A DNA stretch of 64,000 bases from an uncultured Candidatus Rokubacteria bacterium (GCA_963758635.1 CAVWWD010000005.1:224001-288000); one strand, 5' to 3'; shown: positions 1 through 10,745, counted from the stretch's first letter. The notes: generated from the sequence alone by a model not told the origin. A program made the numbers and translations.

Positions 1-600
1 GCGCTCAAGAGCCTGGAACGATGCCAGGTGGCGGTGCTCGTGGTCGACGCCTCCGAGGGCGTGACCGCCCAGGACGCGCACATCGCCGGCTACGCCAACG
101 AGGCGGGACGCGCGATGGTGGTGGCCGTCAACAAGTGGGACCTCGTCCCCCCCGCGTCGGTACGCAAGGCGGACGTCGTCGGGCAGATCTACGACCGGCT
201 GCCGTTCCTGGACTACGCGCCGGTCACCTTCACGTCCGCGCTGAAGAACCGGGGGCTGGGCGAGCTGTTCGACGAGATCGACAAGGTCGCCGCCGAGGCC
301 CAGCGTCGCGTCCAGCCCGGCGCGCTCCTCACGCTGTTCCGCCAGGCGGTCGAGCGGCGTCCCATGTCCTCGGGCGGTGTTGCGCTGCGCATCCACTCGG
401 TGCAGCAGGTCGCGGTGTCGCCGCCCACGTTCGCGCTCCGCGTGAACCTGCCCGACAAGATCCACTTCTCCTACGAGCGCTACCTCGTGAACTCGCTGCG
501 GCACGGCGAGGGGTTCGCGGGATCGCCGGTGCGCCTGCTCTTCCGGAAGGCGGGCGTGCGGCCCGCGCCGGGTCGGCCCCTGGGCCGCGCGAGGCGCTGA
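1..600 (+). CDS. der: Ribosome biogenesis GTPase Der/EngA, 3' part (truncated by window edge)
   Basis: VLVVDASEG..QD, NKWD G4 motif, TSA, C-terminal KH-like domain with PPTF and SYERYLVNSLR. Confidence 0.93.
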   Translation, partial: ALKSLERCQVAVLVVDASEGVTAQDAHIAGYANEAGRAMVVAVNKWDLVPPASVRKADVVGQIYDRLPFLDYAPVTFTSALKNRGLGELFDEIDKVAAEAQRRVQPGALLTLFRQAVERRPMSSGGVALRIHSVQQVAVSPPTFALRVNLPDKIHFSYERYLVNSLRHGEGFAGSPVRLLFRKAGVRPAPGRPLGRARR

Positions 601-678
601 TGACCCTCGCAGAATACGGTAACCGCCACAGGCCTCTACAGTCCCACCGCGCGGCATTCGTCTGATGCGCGAGGCTCA
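601..678 (+). repeat. 78-bp dispersed MITE-like element, copy 1
   Basis: TGACCCTCGCAGAATACGG...GATGCGCGAGGCTCA; near-identical copies elsewhere in window; starts right after der TGA. Confidence 0.9.
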
Positions 679-682
679 CTAA

Positions 683-760
683 TGACGCTCGCAGAATACG
701 GTAACCGCCACGGGCCTCTACAATCCCACCGCTCGGCATTAGTCTGATGCGCGGGGCTCG
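683..760 (+). repeat. 78-bp dispersed MITE-like element, copy 2 (tandem, separated from copy 1 by CTAA)
   Basis: Direct repeat of 601-678 with a few substitutions; period 82. Confidence 0.9.
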
Positions 761-776
761 ATAGCGAGCGCGACGG

Positions 777-1702
777 GTGCGCCGGCTCGGCTTCGCTCTC
801 CTCGGCGGCGCGCTCCTCTGGTCCGGCATCGCCCACGTCGGGCCGCCGGCCCCCACCTCCGCGCAGCCGCAGACGCCGGCGCGGCCCCTCTCCGGCGGCC
901 GAGCGCCCGCGCCCTGCGCCGACGCCCCCGTCTCCGCCTGGCTCGGCGGCCAATACCGCCGGAGCGCGCGAGGCGCCGACGATCGACGACGCGCGGGGTG
1001 ATGCCGAGCGGCAACGCCACGGCGCGCCGATCGTCGTGCCGCGCGGAGGGCCCGGGCCCACCGTTGCCATCCCGCTGGGCGACGGCGTCGTGGCCGGCCG
1101 CCTCGGGGCGGGGGAGCTGCCGCCGGCGTGGAGCCTCAAGCGCTTCGCCGGACGCGCCGCAGTTCGAGCTGGCGCGCGACGACGGGCGGTCTGCTTTCCG
1201 CCTCGCCAGCCACGCCTCGTCCTTCGCGCTCCATCGCGACGTGGTCGTGGACCTCGCGCAGTTCCCGGTGCTGACGTGGTCCTGGAAGGTCGTGCGCCTC
1301 CCCGCGCGCGCAGACGTGCGGGACCCGCGGGCCGACGATCAGGCCGCGCAGGTGTACCTCGTGTTCCCGCGCTCGCCGTCGGCGCGAGCGGCGAGCGATG
1401 TGCTGGGCTACGTGTGGGACACGCGCGCGCCGGTGGGCGTGCGCTCCACGCACCACCAGTGGCAGAACGTGCGCGTGATCGTGATCGAGAGCGGCGAGGC
1501 CCGCGCGGGCCAGTGGGTGCGCGAGGAGCGCAACGTGCGCGACGACTACCAGGCGCTCTTCGGGCGCCCCGCGCCCACCCTCGGCCGCGTCGCGGTCATG
1601 ACCGACTCGGACCACACGGGCGGGCAGACCGAGGCCTGGTTCGCCGACATCGCGCTCCAGCGGACCGGGGTGTCGGGCCCGACGCCGACCGGACGGAACT
1701 GA
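777..1702 (+). CDS. Exported DUF3047-like protein (split by frameshifts; start uncertain)
   Basis: Signal-peptide-like start in ORF 777; C-part P.LTWSWKV..LP..AD..DD.AA.VY..F..YVW..W..E.RNV..DY..FG..MTDSD.TG typical of DUF3047. Confidence 0.7.
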
Positions 1703-1779
1703 ATACTTTGGGGCTCGAAAATCGCTATGCTAAGCTGGCGCCGGAGTTGACAAATCTCCTCACAAGGGGAGGCGCCGAC

Positions 1780-2824
1780 ATGGGTCCCGAAGACTACCTG
1801 GACGACGAAGAGGAACAGCGCTGGTCCTTCCGATCGATCCTCGCCTCCGGCTGGTTCCGCGCCGGGCTGCTCCTTGGCGGGATCGTCATCGCGCTCGTCC
1901 TGACATTGCCCTACGCGCTCAAGTGGATGTCCCCATCGGACACCCGCTCCGCCCCGCAGACGCGACGCGTGGTGGAGCCGCCGCGCCCCGCGCCGTCCAC
2001 CATGACCGCGCCGCCCGCGCCCAGCGTGGCCACCGCAGGCGCGCCGGTGGTCGCGGGAACGGACCGGCCGGCCGCCGCCGACAAGCCGGCGCCGGTGGCG
2101 GAGCGGAGCACGCCTTCGACTGACCGCATCGTGCCCGTGGCGGACAAGCCCACCACCGCTGACACGCCCGCCTCGGCGACGGACAAGGCGGCCCCCGCCG
2201 ACAAGACCGCGCGGGCCCTCGACAAGACCGCGGCGCCTCGCGAGACGGCGGCGCCGGCCGCGGCCAGGACGCCGCCCGTGACGGCCGCGCGCCGAGCCGG
2301 CGACGCCGGCCGAGAAGCCGGTCTCCACCGTGAAGACCGCCGTGTCACGTCCGTCGAGCGGCGGCGATTTCTGGGTGCAGGTCGGCGCCTTCCAGGACGC
2401 GGACAATGCCCAGCGCCTGCAGAAGACGCTGCGCGGGTCCGGTATGCCGGTGGCGGTCACGCCCGTCGCGCGCGAGGCGCCCGCGCCCTCGTACCAGCAC
2501 GAGGTGTTCGTGACCGGGGCCACGCCGGAGACGGTGAACGCGGCGCTGCGTGGCCGCGGCACGGCGCGCGCCGTGCGGGGCGGCGTGGCGGTGCAGCCGG
2601 CGCTCGAGCTGAAGGACGCGGTGGCGGTGTCGAAGCGTCTGACCGCGGACGGGCTCGCCGTGAAGATCCGCCGCGTGGGCGGCGACGCCGCCCACGCCGA
2701 CCGCGGGCCCCAGCACGTGGTGCGCGTGGGCCCCTACGCCTCCCGCAGCGAGGCCACGGAGGTGCGACGCGACCTCGTCGGCAAGGGGCTCGCGGGCTTC
2801 GTGGCGCAGGGCCCGGCGCGGTGA
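1780..2824 (+). CDS. Membrane-anchored SPOR-domain protein (frameshift near 2290-2330)
   Basis: GGGGAGG RBS, one TM helix, Pro/Ala/DK-rich linker, SPOR motifs FWVQVGAF..NA and VRVGPYASR.EA. Confidence 0.75.
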
Positions 2825-2864
2825 CGACGACGGACGAGGCCGTCTACACTACTCCCGAGAGGAG

Positions 2865-3149
2865 GTGAAGGCCCTGACCAAGAACGACCTGATCAATGCC
2901 GTGGCCGCCCATGGTCTGTCCAAGCGGCAGTCCGCCTCGGTGGTGGAGTCGCTGTTCGACATCATCTTCAACTGCTTCGAGCGCGGCGAGGACGTCAAGA
3001 TCGTGGGCTTCGGGCACTTCCGCATCCGGCAGAAGGCGTCACGGCGGGGACGCAACCCCCAGACCGGCGACAGCATCGAGATCACGGCGCGAAAGGTGTT
3101 GACGTTCAAGCCGAGCAAGGGGCTCAAGCTCCGGCTCAACCAGCCGTGA
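2865..3149 (+). CDS. ihfA: Integration host factor alpha / HU family protein
   Basis: LTKNDL, VKIVGFGHF, RRGRNPQTG, ARKVLTFKPS; ihfA-merR-tRNA-Pro synteny. Confidence 0.85.
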   Translation: MKALTKNDLINAVAAHGLSKRQSASVVESLFDIIFNCFERGEDVKIVGFGHFRIRQKASRRGRNPQTGDSIEITARKVLTFKPSKGLKLRLNQP

Positions 3150-3185
3150 GCGGTAGGGCCGTTGTCCCGCCCGGCGCGGAGCGCG

Positions 3186-3551
3186 ATGAGCGAGCCGGCG
3201 ATCCCTGACAAGCTCTACTACCGGATCGGCGAGGTCGAGGCGATCACCGATGTGCCCGCCTACGTGCTTCGCTACTGGGAGTCGGAGTTCAAGCTCCTCC
3301 GCCCGAAGAAGAACCCGGCGGGCCAGCGCCTGTACCGCCGGCGCGACCTCGACCTCGTCCTGCGCATCAAGGCGCTGCTCTACGACGAGCGGCTCACCCT
3401 CGAAGGCGCGAAGAAGCGCCTCCTCGCCGAGGCGCGGGGCGCCAGCCAGATGGACCTGGGGCTCCGCGGGGCCGTCCTCGAGGAGACGCTCCGGCGTCTC
3501 CGGACGCGCCTGCAGGCCCTCCGCGACCGCCTCGCGCACACGCGAAAGTGA
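3186..3551 (+). CDS. MerR family transcriptional regulator
   Basis: [30 protein letters not shown]. Confidence 0.9.
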   Translation: MSEPAIPDKLYYRIGEVEAITDVPAYVLRYWESEFKLLRPKKNPAGQRLYRRRDLDLVLRIKALLYDERLTLEGAKKRLLAEARGASQMDLGLRGAVLEETLRRLRTRLQALRDRLAHTRK

Positions 3552-3561
3552 CGCTCTCGCC

Positions 3562-3590
3562 TTGAGTTTCCGGGGGGCGGTCCGTACAAT
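3562..3590 (+). promoter_or_regulatory. Sigma70-type promoter for tRNA-Pro
   Basis: TTGAGT-N17-TACAAT ending 11 nt before the tRNA. Confidence 0.65.
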
Positions 3591-3601
3591 GCGGAACGGG
3601 T

Positions 3602-3678
<77 letters not shown>

Positions 3679-3740
3679 AATTCCGGGAGCACCAGCGGCA
3701 GATTCTCGGATCTGCGCTTTTTGTTTCGGACGATGAACGC

Positions 3741-4511
3741 ATGGGCGGCGTGATCCTCGTCACCAACGACGACGGCGTCCACGCCGCCGGTCTCGCGGCG
3801 CTGGCGCGGGCGCTCGACGACCTCGGCGAGGTATACGTGGTCGCCCCCGATCGGGAGCAGAGCGCGGTCGGGCACGCGCTCACGCTGCACCGCCCGCTCC
3901 GCGCCGAGCCGGTGGGCGAGAGGTGGTTCGCGGTCAACGGCACCCCCTCGGACTGCGTGAACCTCGGCGTGCTGGGCTTGCTGCCGGAGCGGCCGGTGCT
4001 GGTGGCGTCGGGCGTGAACCACGGCGCCAACCTCGGCGACGACGTGACGTACTCCGGCACCGTCTCGGCGGCGATGGAGGGCACGCTGCTCGGGGTGGTG
4101 TCCATGGCGGTCTCGCAGGTCGAGCCCGACGGCTCGGGCTTCGAGGCGGCGGGACAGGTGGCGCGGGCGGTGGCGGCCCGGCTCCTCGTCGAGGGGCTGC
4201 CGCCGAAGACGTTGATCAACGTCAACGTGCCGCGTGAAGCGCCGAAGGGCGTACGGATGGCGCGTCTCGGCCATCGGGTCTACAGCGGCAAGGCGATCCG
4301 CGAGACTGACCCGCGGGGCCGTGCGTACTACTGGATCGGGACGGGATCGCCGGTGTGGAACGACGACGAGGCGTCCGACATCGCCGCCGTCCACCGCGGG
4401 TTCGCGTCGGTGACACCGCTGCACCTGGACCTGACGCACCACGGCGCGCTGGCGCGGATGTCGGCGTGGGAGGGCGGGCTCAACGCCATCCTCCGGAAGC
4501 GGGGCGCGTGA
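3741..4511 (+). CDS. surE: 5'/3'-nucleotidase SurE
   Basis: [35 protein letters not shown]. Confidence 0.95.
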   Translation: MGGVILVTNDDGVHAAGLAALARALDDLGEVYVVAPDREQSAVGHALTLHRPLRAEPVGERWFAVNGTPSDCVNLGVLGLLPERPVLVASGVNHGANLGDDVTYSGTVSAAMEGTLLGVVSMAVSQVEPDGSGFEAAGQVARAVAARLLVEGLPPKTLINVNVPREAPKGVRMARLGHRVYSGKAIRETDPRGRAYYWIGTGSPVWNDDEASDIAAVHRGFASVTPLHLDLTHHGALARMSAWEGGLNAILRKRGA

Positions 4512-5176
4512 TTCGCTCCCCGGAGGCGGGCGGGAGCCGGTACGGCCGGGAACGCGAGCGGATGGTGCAGGAGCAGCTCGTGGCCCGCGGGGTGACGGAC
4601 CGCCGGGTGCTGGAGGCGATGCGGCGTGTGCCGCGGCACCTGTTCGTGGACGCGGCGCTCCGCGAGCAGGCGTACGGCGACCATCCGTTGCCGATCGGGG
4701 AAGGGCAGACGATCTCCCAGCCCTTCATCGTGGGCCGGATGAGCGAGCTGCTCGGCTTCGCGGGCACCGAGAAGGCGCTGGAGATCGGCAGCGGCTGCGG
4801 ATACCAGGCCGCGGTGCTGGGCGAGCTCGCCGCGCGCGTGTGCACGGTGGAGCGGCTGCCCCGCCTCGCGGTGCGCGCGCGCCAGACGCTCGGCGCGCTG
4901 GGCTACCGGAACGTGTGGGTGCGGACGGCCAACGGCACGTTCGGCTGGCCCGACGAGGCGCCGTTCGACCGCATCCTGGTCGCGGCGGGCGGGCCGACGG
5001 TGCCGCCGCCCTTGTTCGAGCAGCTCGCCGAGGGCGGGCGCATGGTGATGCCCGTCGGCACCGCGGATGGACAGAAGCTGTCGGTGATCGAGAAGGTCCG
5101 CGGCGAGATGCGGGTGACGGACGGCGGGGGATGCATGTTCGTCAAGCTCATCGGAAAATACGCGTGGCAGAGCTGA
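4508..5176 (+). CDS. pcm: Protein-L-isoaspartate O-methyltransferase
   Basis: VPRHLFV, GQTISQP, LEIGSGCGYQAA, APFDRI; follows surE. Confidence 0.95.
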   Translation: MIRSPEAGGSRYGRERERMVQEQLVARGVTDRRVLEAMRRVPRHLFVDAALREQAYGDHPLPIGEGQTISQPFIVGRMSELLGFAGTEKALEIGSGCGYQAAVLGELAARVCTVERLPRLAVRARQTLGALGYRNVWVRTANGTFGWPDEAPFDRILVAAGGPTVPPPLFEQLAEGGRMVMPVGTADGQKLSVIEKVRGEMRVTDGGGCMFVKLIGKYAWQS

Positions 5177-5207
5177 TCGGGGAGACCCGGGCGCTGCCGC
5201 GCGAGGT

Positions 5208-5284
5208 CGGGGCGTAGCGCAGCTTGGTAGCGCGCCTGCTTCGGGAGCAGGAGGTCGCTGGTTCAAATCCAGTCGCCCCGACCA
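5208..5284 (+). tRNA. tRNA-Pro(CGG)
   Basis: Cloverleaf, anticodon arm CCTGC-TTCGGGA-GCAGG, CCA end. Confidence 0.96.
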
Positions 5285-5300
5285 ACTTTCCCCTTCCTCC

Positions 5301-5630
5301 GTGCCGGCTCCCGACGGCGCCGCCGCAGTGACCGTGACGAGCCGCGCCGCCGCCGAGATCGTGGTTGAGGGACGGGTGCAGGGTGTCGGCTACCGGAACT
5401 ACGTCGAGCGCAAGGCCACGCAGCTCGGGCTCGCGGGGTACGTCATGAACCTCAAGGACGGCCGTGTCCGCGTGCGCGTCGAGGGCGCGCGCGACGTGAT
5501 CGACGAGCTCGTTCGCGACCTCGGCAAGGGCCCGCCGCTGGCCCGCGTGGAGCAGGTCTCGGTCACGTGGCGGCCGACGACGGGCCGCTTCGGCGCCTTC
5601 GGCATCCGCTACGCGGAGTTCGATTCGTGA
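5301..5630 (+). CDS. acyP: Acylphosphatase (start may be 5328)
   Basis: GRVQGVGYR, GYVMNLKDGRV, GPPLARV. Confidence 0.92.
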   Translation: MPAPDGAAAVTVTSRAAAEIVVEGRVQGVGYRNYVERKATQLGLAGYVMNLKDGRVRVRVEGARDVIDELVRDLGKGPPLARVEQVSVTWRPTTGRFGAFGIRYAEFDS

Positions 5631-6646
5631 TCGGGACGGGAGCGCGGCTGCGCGTGATCGGCGCAGGCCTGCTGCTCCCCGCGGCGCTCGTCGTATCGCC
5701 CGGCACCGCGCCCGCGGCGCCGGAGTCCGGCCCGCCCACCGCCTCCAGGACCGCCGCGCCGGGGAAGACGACCCCGTCGGCTCCCGCCAAGCCGGCGAAG
5801 ACATCGAAGACGAAAACAGCGAAATCCCCTCCGGCGAAGACCACCCGACCCGCGGCGAAGACCACGCGACCTCCCGCCAAGGCCATCCGACCCGCGGCCG
5901 AGACCACCGCGCGCTCCGCCGAGGTGTGCGCGCACACCGTCCGCTCGGGCGACACGGTGGCGCGGGTCGCGAGCCGCCACGGCGTGAGCCGGCAGGACCT
6001 GGTCGCGGCCAATCACCTGGGGCGGAGCGCGACGCTCCGCGTCGGGCAGCGCCTCGAGCTGCCGGGATGCTCGAGGAGCGTGGCGCCGCGGGACCGCATC
6101 GTGTCCCTCGAGATCGCGCGGCCCGAGGCGGACCTGCTGCTCGCCCGCGTGGGACCGGCCCGCGTGCCCACGTGGCTCTTCCTCGGCGTCCCGCAGGTCG
6201 GCGCGCACACGGTGGACTTTGCCTGGCCGGTGGTCGGGTCCGTGGCCTCGCCGTTCGGCCGGCGGCGGAGCGGCTGGCACGCCGGCCTGGACATCAAGGC
6301 GGACATGGGCACGCCGATCGTGGCCGCCGCCGCGGGCCGCGTGATCTTCAGCGGGTGGGCCCGGTCCTACGGCCGGCTCGTGAGGATCGAGCACGCCAAC
6401 AGCTTCGTCACCGTCTATGCGCACAACCAGGAGAACCTCGTCGCGGTCGGCGATCAGGTCGAGGCCGGCGTCGTCATCGCCACCGTGGGCCGCTCGGGAC
6501 GCAGCAGCGCCGCCCACCTGCACTTCGAGATCCGGCACGGCGACATGGTCTACGACCCCTCGCTCTTCCTCCCCGACGGCACGATGATGCTCGCGCGGAG
6601 CGACGAGCCCACGGAGGCCGTGGCCGACGAGGACGAGGATGAATGA
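5627..6646 (+). CDS. LysM + M23 peptidase, NlpD-like
   Basis: Lys[10 protein letters not shown]23 WPV.G, HAGLD, YAHN, HLHFEIR; upstream of rpoS-like gene. Confidence 0.88.
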   Translation: MIGTGARLRVIGAGLLLPAALVVSPGTAPAAPESGPPTASRTAAPGKTTPSAPAKPAKTSKTKTAKSPPAKTTRPAAKTTRPPAKAIRPAAETTARSAEVCAHTVRSGDTVARVASRHGVSRQDLVAANHLGRSATLRVGQRLELPGCSRSVAPRDRIVSLEIARPEADLLLARVGPARVPTWLFLGVPQVGAHTVDFAWPVVGSVASPFGRRRSGWHAGLDIKADMGTPIVAAAAGRVIFSGWARSYGRLVRIEHANSFVTVYAHNQENLVAVGDQVEAGVVIATVGRSGRSSAAHLHFEIRHGDMVYDPSLFLPDGTMMLARSDEPTEAVADEDEDE

Positions 6647-7583
6647 GGTCGAGACCTCGGGGCCGCTCGACGGGCCCGAGGAGCCGATCGAGACCCTCCT
6701 CGCCGAGGGCGCGCCGGAGCTGGCCGACGCCACCGCGCCGGAGGCCGCGCAGCGGACGCGCGCCCTGGTCGGTCTCTACCTGGAGGACATCGGACGCTTC
6801 AAGCTCCTCACCGGCGACGAGGAGCAGGAGCTGGGCCGGCGCGTCCAGGCCGGTGACGCCGAGGCCGAGAGCCGGCTCGTCGAGGCGAACCTGCGCCTCG
6901 TCGTGCGCATCGCGCGGCGGTACACGAACCGGGGCCTGAGCCTCCTCGACCTGATCGAGGAGGGCAACGTGGGCCTGCTCCACGCCGCGCGGAAGTTCCG
7001 GCCCGACCGCGGGGCGCGCTTCGCCACCTACGCGACGTGGTGGATCCGGCAGGCCATCGTGCGCGCGCTGGCCAACCAGGCCCGCACGATCCGGCTCCCC
7101 GTGCACGTGGGGCTGCTCCTCACCCAGTATGCGAAGGCGCGCACGGCGCTCACGCAGGAGCTGGGACGGCCCCCCGAGCTGGCCGAGGTCGCCCAGCGCA
7201 TGGGACGCACGATCGAGGAGATCGAGGACCTGGAGGCGGTGCGGCAGCAGCCGCTCTCGCTCGATGCGCCAGCGGGGCAGGAGGGCAAGGGCAGCCTGCA
7301 GGACGTGCTGCAGGATCCCTCCGGGCCGGCCGAGCCCGCGCTCGCCGCCGCGATGCGGCGTCGCGGCGATCTTGCCAGCGTCCTGCAGGACCTGCCGGAC
7401 AACGAGCGGACGGTCGTCACGCTGCGCTTCGGTCTGGGCGGCGAGACCCCCATGACCCTCGAGACCATCGGCCACCGGCTCGGCGTGAGCCGGGAGCGGA
7501 TCCGGCAGATCGAGGCCGCAGCGCTGCGCCGGCTCGCGAGCCTCTTCGCTGCCCGCGGGATCGACGCCTCCGATCTGATGTGA
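6639..7583 (+). CDS. rpoS: RpoS-like group 2 sigma factor
   Basis: [35 protein letters not shown]; no region 1.1; surE-pcm-nlpD-rpoS synteny. Confidence 0.8.
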   Translation: MNEVETSGPLDGPEEPIETLLAEGAPELADATAPEAAQRTRALVGLYLEDIGRFKLLTGDEEQELGRRVQAGDAEAESRLVEANLRLVVRIARRYTNRGLSLLDLIEEGNVGLLHAARKFRPDRGARFATYATWWIRQAIVRALANQARTIRLPVHVGLLLTQYAKARTALTQELGRPPELAEVAQRMGRTIEEIEDLEAVRQQPLSLDAPAGQEGKGSLQDVLQDPSGPAEPALAAAMRRRGDLASVLQDLPDNERTVVTLRFGLGGETPMTLETIGHRLGVSRERIRQIEAAALRRLASLFAARGIDASDLM

Positions 7584-7782
7584 GCCTGCCGTCCCGTCTT
7601 TCCCTCCCGGGACTGCTCACAAACGGAACCTGCGTTCCCACTGGGCGTCATTCCCGCGGGGGCCGGTGCCGCGCAAAGCCGCGATCGTACAACCCTGAAT
7701 CGACTGGTTCGCCTCTTGCTCTTCCCGACCCTTCGGAAGCGTGGCCCGGCGGCGGAGCGGCGAAGCTTCCCAGGGAGGCGAC

Positions 7783-8100
7783 ATGAAGACTCGACAGGCC
7801 GTGCCGGCGGACCCGTACACGATCGAGGCGGTCAAGGCGTATCTGGGCCGCGCGTTTCCCCATTGCCGGATCGAGGCGTTCTGGACCGCCGACCCGATCG
7901 AGTACACGTTCGTCGCCTACGACCTCCGCAACCGTCCCACCTGCAACGTGATCATCGAGCGGGAGCTCTTCGAGACCTACGGGCCCGGCAGCCTGCCCGA
8001 GACGCTCGACGAGCTCGGCCTCGCCGACAGCCTGCGCGACCGCGCCGCGTCGCAGGTGCGCGTGACCAAGCGCGGGGAGGTCGCCTACCACAGCGTCTGA
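7783..8100 (+). CDS. Hypothetical protein (stand-alone domain B)
   Basis: GGGAGG RBS, protein-like sequence, homologous by eye to C-half of 10863-11408. Confidence 0.8.
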   Translation: MKTRQAVPADPYTIEAVKAYLGRAFPHCRIEAFWTADPIEYTFVAYDLRNRPTCNVIIERELFETYGPGSLPETLDELGLADSLRDRAASQVRVTKRGEVAYHSV

Positions 8101-8412
8101 CCGCGCGGCGCGCGGAGCATCGCCGCCCGCGCTTCCCTTGCAATCGTCCGCGGCTCGCGGCACCCTCGGGGCAGGTGCTCCGAGCGGCGACGATGCCCTG
8201 GCCGACCGAGATCCTCGCTTGGTGGCGCAATGCGTTCCAGGTGGCGGCCTGGGTTTTCGCCATCAGGCAAAACGTGTCGGTAAACTTTACATAGATCCCA
8301 TATGGAAGATTTGGGTATAACTCACAACCTGCGTGATTTCATGGCTTTTACCGGCGTTGGTCGGGATCTTGCTCGATATGCTTGGGGCGAGTTTTACGAG
8401 GGGGGTTACGCT

Positions 8413-8727
8413 GTGCTGGAGCGCAGATCCCGTGAGAGCGTCGGGCCCGAAACGCCGACCCATGACGCGCCCGGAGGACGGCCCTTGGATCCTTTGCTGT
8501 TCATCGTGAGCCGCGATCAGCGGGACCTGCACGACTACCTGACGAAGGAGTTCCGTCGGGACGAGCAGATCCAGATCATCCTCGATCGCCGTCTCGCCGA
8601 GCGGCGCCGACGGGCCGAGCCCAAGCCGCGCGATCAGCGGCTGGCCCCGCGGCGTCGTTCCGTGGCCGTCCAAGAGCAGGTGAAGTCGGTCGGGTTCGCG
8701 GTCGTCCGGCGCGCGTCCGACAACTGA
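8413..8727 (+). CDS. Hypothetical protein (stand-alone domain A, DRR..ERR motif)
   Basis: GAGGGGG then GTG at 8413 in frame with ORF 8302; homologous to N-half of 10863-11408. Confidence 0.75.
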   Translation: MLERRSRESVGPETPTHDAPGGRPLDPLLFIVSRDQRDLHDYLTKEFRRDEQIQIILDRRLAERRRRAEPKPRDQRLAPRRRSVAVQEQVKSVGFAVVRRASDN

Positions 8728-8752
8728 GCGTCGTCCCCGCCCTCCGTCGCTC

Positions 8753-8830
8753 GTACCCTCGCGGAATACGGTACCCGCCACGGGCCTCTACAGTCCCACC
8801 GCTCGGCAATAATCTGCTGCGCGGGGCTCG
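8753..8830 (+). repeat. 78-bp MITE-like element, copy 3
   Basis: ACCCTCGCGGAATACGG...GCGCGGGGCTCG, followed by CTAA (cupin stop on the opposite strand). Confidence 0.88.
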
Positions 8831-9181
8831 CTAATCGCACCGCTTCAGGTTCAGCGTCCAGACCTTCACCGCTCGACCGCTCTCGTTGCGCGCATCGTGC
8901 CCGGTGACGGGCGGCAGGAACACGACCCGGCCCGCGGGCAGCCGCTCCTTTCCGGCGCGCGTCACCAGCGTGAGCTCGCCCTCCACGACGATGCCGAGCT
9001 CGGGCTCGGCGTTGAGGTGAATCCCCGAGGACGCGCCCGCGGGGATCGTGAGGAGCGCGACCCGCACGGAGTCGTTGTCGAGGGCCACCTCCTCGACGAG
9101 CCCGCCGCTCTGCGCGGACAGGCCGGGCCCCGATACGAGCGCGATGCATGCGGCGACGGCGGCGACGACGACACGTCTCAT
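8831..9181 (-). CDS. Exported cupin-domain protein
   Basis: Signal peptide; LDNDSVRV..GIH..E..VEGEL..GH.ARN cupin motifs. Confidence 0.8.
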   Translation of the reverse strand: MRRVVVAAVAACIALVSGPGLSAQSGGLVEEVALDNDSVRVALLTIPAGASSGIHLNAEPELGIVVEGELTLVTRAGKERLPAGRVVFLPPVTGHDARNESGRAVKVWTLNLKRCD

Positions 9182-9233
9182 CGTGGGCTCCTCTCGAAGG
9201 GGGCGGTAGGCCCGGCGACGCCGGGCGAGTGGG

Positions 9234-10112
9234 TCAGATCCGGGCGCGCTCCGCGCGCCGCGCGTGCGGGGCCACGCGCACCCGCGCGGGGAGCAGCGGA
9301 AGCACGCGGCGCACGAGCGCGGCGGCCCCGCGGAGCGCGCGCTCGCGGGCGGGACTCCACGCGTAGCCGTACATCTCGCGCACGGCGGGAGGCAAGAGCC
9401 CGGCGGTGACGAGCTCCACCGCGGGGGCGATCACGCGCAGCGCCGGCACGGCGGGCGGGCGGAAGACGAGGCGCGCCTGCGCCCGCGCGGTCGCGCCGAC
9501 CGCGATCCGGCCACTCGCGAGCATCTCGGCCACGTAGGCGTCGAACGCTTCGAGGGTGGGCGGCGTGACCGCGGGCGGCACGTCGAGCCGGCGCGCGAGC
9601 TCGCACGACCCGGCGTAGTACTCGGCGGCCGCCCGCGCTGACAGGGGCCGGACGAACCGCGTGTAGGCGCGAAGGCTGGAATCGATCAGCGTGGCGTGCA
9701 CCCATAGCCGGAGCTCGGGATCGTCGGCGTCGTAGGCGGTGCCGGCGGGAAAGACGCCGACGCCCTCGGTGAGCACGCCGTGCACGCGCCGGTGGACGCG
9801 GCGGAGCCCCTCCGCCGCCGCCGTCGTCGCGGCCGGCGAGCCGAACACGAGCGTGTACATCGGGCCGAGGGTCGCGAGCAGCCGGCCGATGGGATCGCGC
9901 GCGAAGCGGCTGTGATCGGCGACTCCCGCCGCCACGAGCGGGTGAGCGAGCTGGAGCAGCAGCGCCCGGCCGGCGCCCAGGAGCAGCGCGAGCTCGCGGT
10001 GGACAGTCCAGATCGCGAGGTCCGGCGTGAACGCCGGCGCGGCGGCCACGGGCGCGGCGAACGCCGGCACCGCCGCCGCCGGCGGGGCGGCCGCCGGCGG
10101 GGCCAGGCTCAA
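9234..10112 (-). CDS. DUF2236 / MpaB-like oxygenase family protein (start uncertain)
   Basis: GRALLLQLAHP.VAAGV.DHS.F..DP..RL, Y.A.DPEL..WVHATL. Confidence 0.85.
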   Translation of the reverse strand: MSLAPPAAAPPAAAVPAFAAPVAAAPAFTPDLAIWTVHRELALLLGAGRALLLQLAHPLVAAGVADHSRFARDPIGRLLATLGPMYTLVFGSPAATTAAAEGLRRVHRRVHGVLTEGVGVFPAGTAYDADDPELRLWVHATLIDSSLRAYTRFVRPLSARAAAEYYAGSCELARRLDVPPAVTPPTLEAFDAYVAEMLASGRIAVGATARAQARLVFRPPAVPALRVIAPAVELVTAGLLPPAVREMYGYAWSPARERALRGAAALVRRVLPLLPARVRVAPHARRAERARI

Positions 10113-10444
10113 CGGGAGTCGCCTCCGGGCGGCCGGTAGCCCGCGCCCTGGGCGAGGAGCAGAGCGTCGAATCCCTCGTCCGGGCTCATGAGCGGCGTGG
10201 TCTTGATGCCCTTCACGGCGCCGCCCGCCGCCACCGCCATCGACGCGGCGGCCGCGTTGACGTTGCTGGGCACGTCGACCAGGAGCATCACGTCGAACTC
10301 GCCGAAGGAGTAGTACCAGGCGAGGATCTGGCCGCCCAGCTTCTCCATGACGGGCCTGAGCGCCTCCATGCGATTCTCCGGCCGCTGAACGAGCTTTCCC
10401 CACGCGCCGCTGGTGTAGGACGCCTGGATCATGTAGACGGCCAT
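10109..10444 (-). CDS. GYD-domain protein
   Basis: Y.IQASYT..W..L...PENR..LGG....YYSFGEFD..KTTPL. Confidence 0.85.
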   Translation of the reverse strand: MAVYMIQASYTSGAWGKLVQRPENRMEALRPVMEKLGGQILAWYYSFGEFDVMLLVDVPSNVNAAAASMAVAAGGAVKGIKTTPLMSPDEGFDALLLAQGAGYRPPGGDSR

Positions 10445-10580
10445 GGCCTGACCTCCTCGTGGTCGTGCGAACGACGTGACCCCGGTGAGCTGGAAGGAAT
10501 GCCCTACCGTAGACCTCGGGCGCGGGACCGGTCAAGGCGACGGACATCGAGCCGATCACCGGATCTCATCGGCGAACCAG

Positions 10581-10658
10581 TGAGCCCCGCGCATCAGACT
10601 AACGCCGGGCGGTGGGACTGTAGAGGCCCGTGGCGGTTACCGTATTCTGCGAGGGTCA
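10581..10658 (-). repeat. 78-bp MITE-like element, copy 4 (inverted)
   Basis: TGAGCCCCGCGCATCAGAC...TTCTGCGAGGGTCA, flanked by CCAG/CTGG. Confidence 0.9.
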
Positions 10659-10674
10659 CTGGCTCCGAAGCGTG

Positions 10675-10745
10675 TTGACGGTGAGTCGGGAAACTATACG
10701 ATCCCGTGACACGCGAGGCGGAGATCAGTGTAACTATCTGTAACT
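10675..10745 (+). promoter_or_regulatory. Putative promoter plus TGTAACT direct repeat
   Basis: TTGACG-N16-TACGAT; TGTAACT at 10729 and 10739 (10-bp period). Confidence 0.45.

Noticed and set aside
601..760. Tandem 78-bp copies as a CRISPR array or integron attC sites
   Set aside because: No unique spacers, unit too long, no cas or integrase gene, and no RYYYAAC/GTTRRRY boxes
329..856. ORFs sharing the peptide AERWDCRGPWRLPYSAR as a protein family
   Set aside because: The peptide is just the translation of the 78-bp repeat; there are no consistent starts
2050..2260. GACAAG (DK) repeats in the SPOR gene
   Set aside because: Ordinary low-complexity linker sequence
7620..7780. c-di-GMP-I riboswitch suggested by CGCAAAGCC
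   Set aside because: Upstream GGCAAAC and GAAA tetraloop elements are missing
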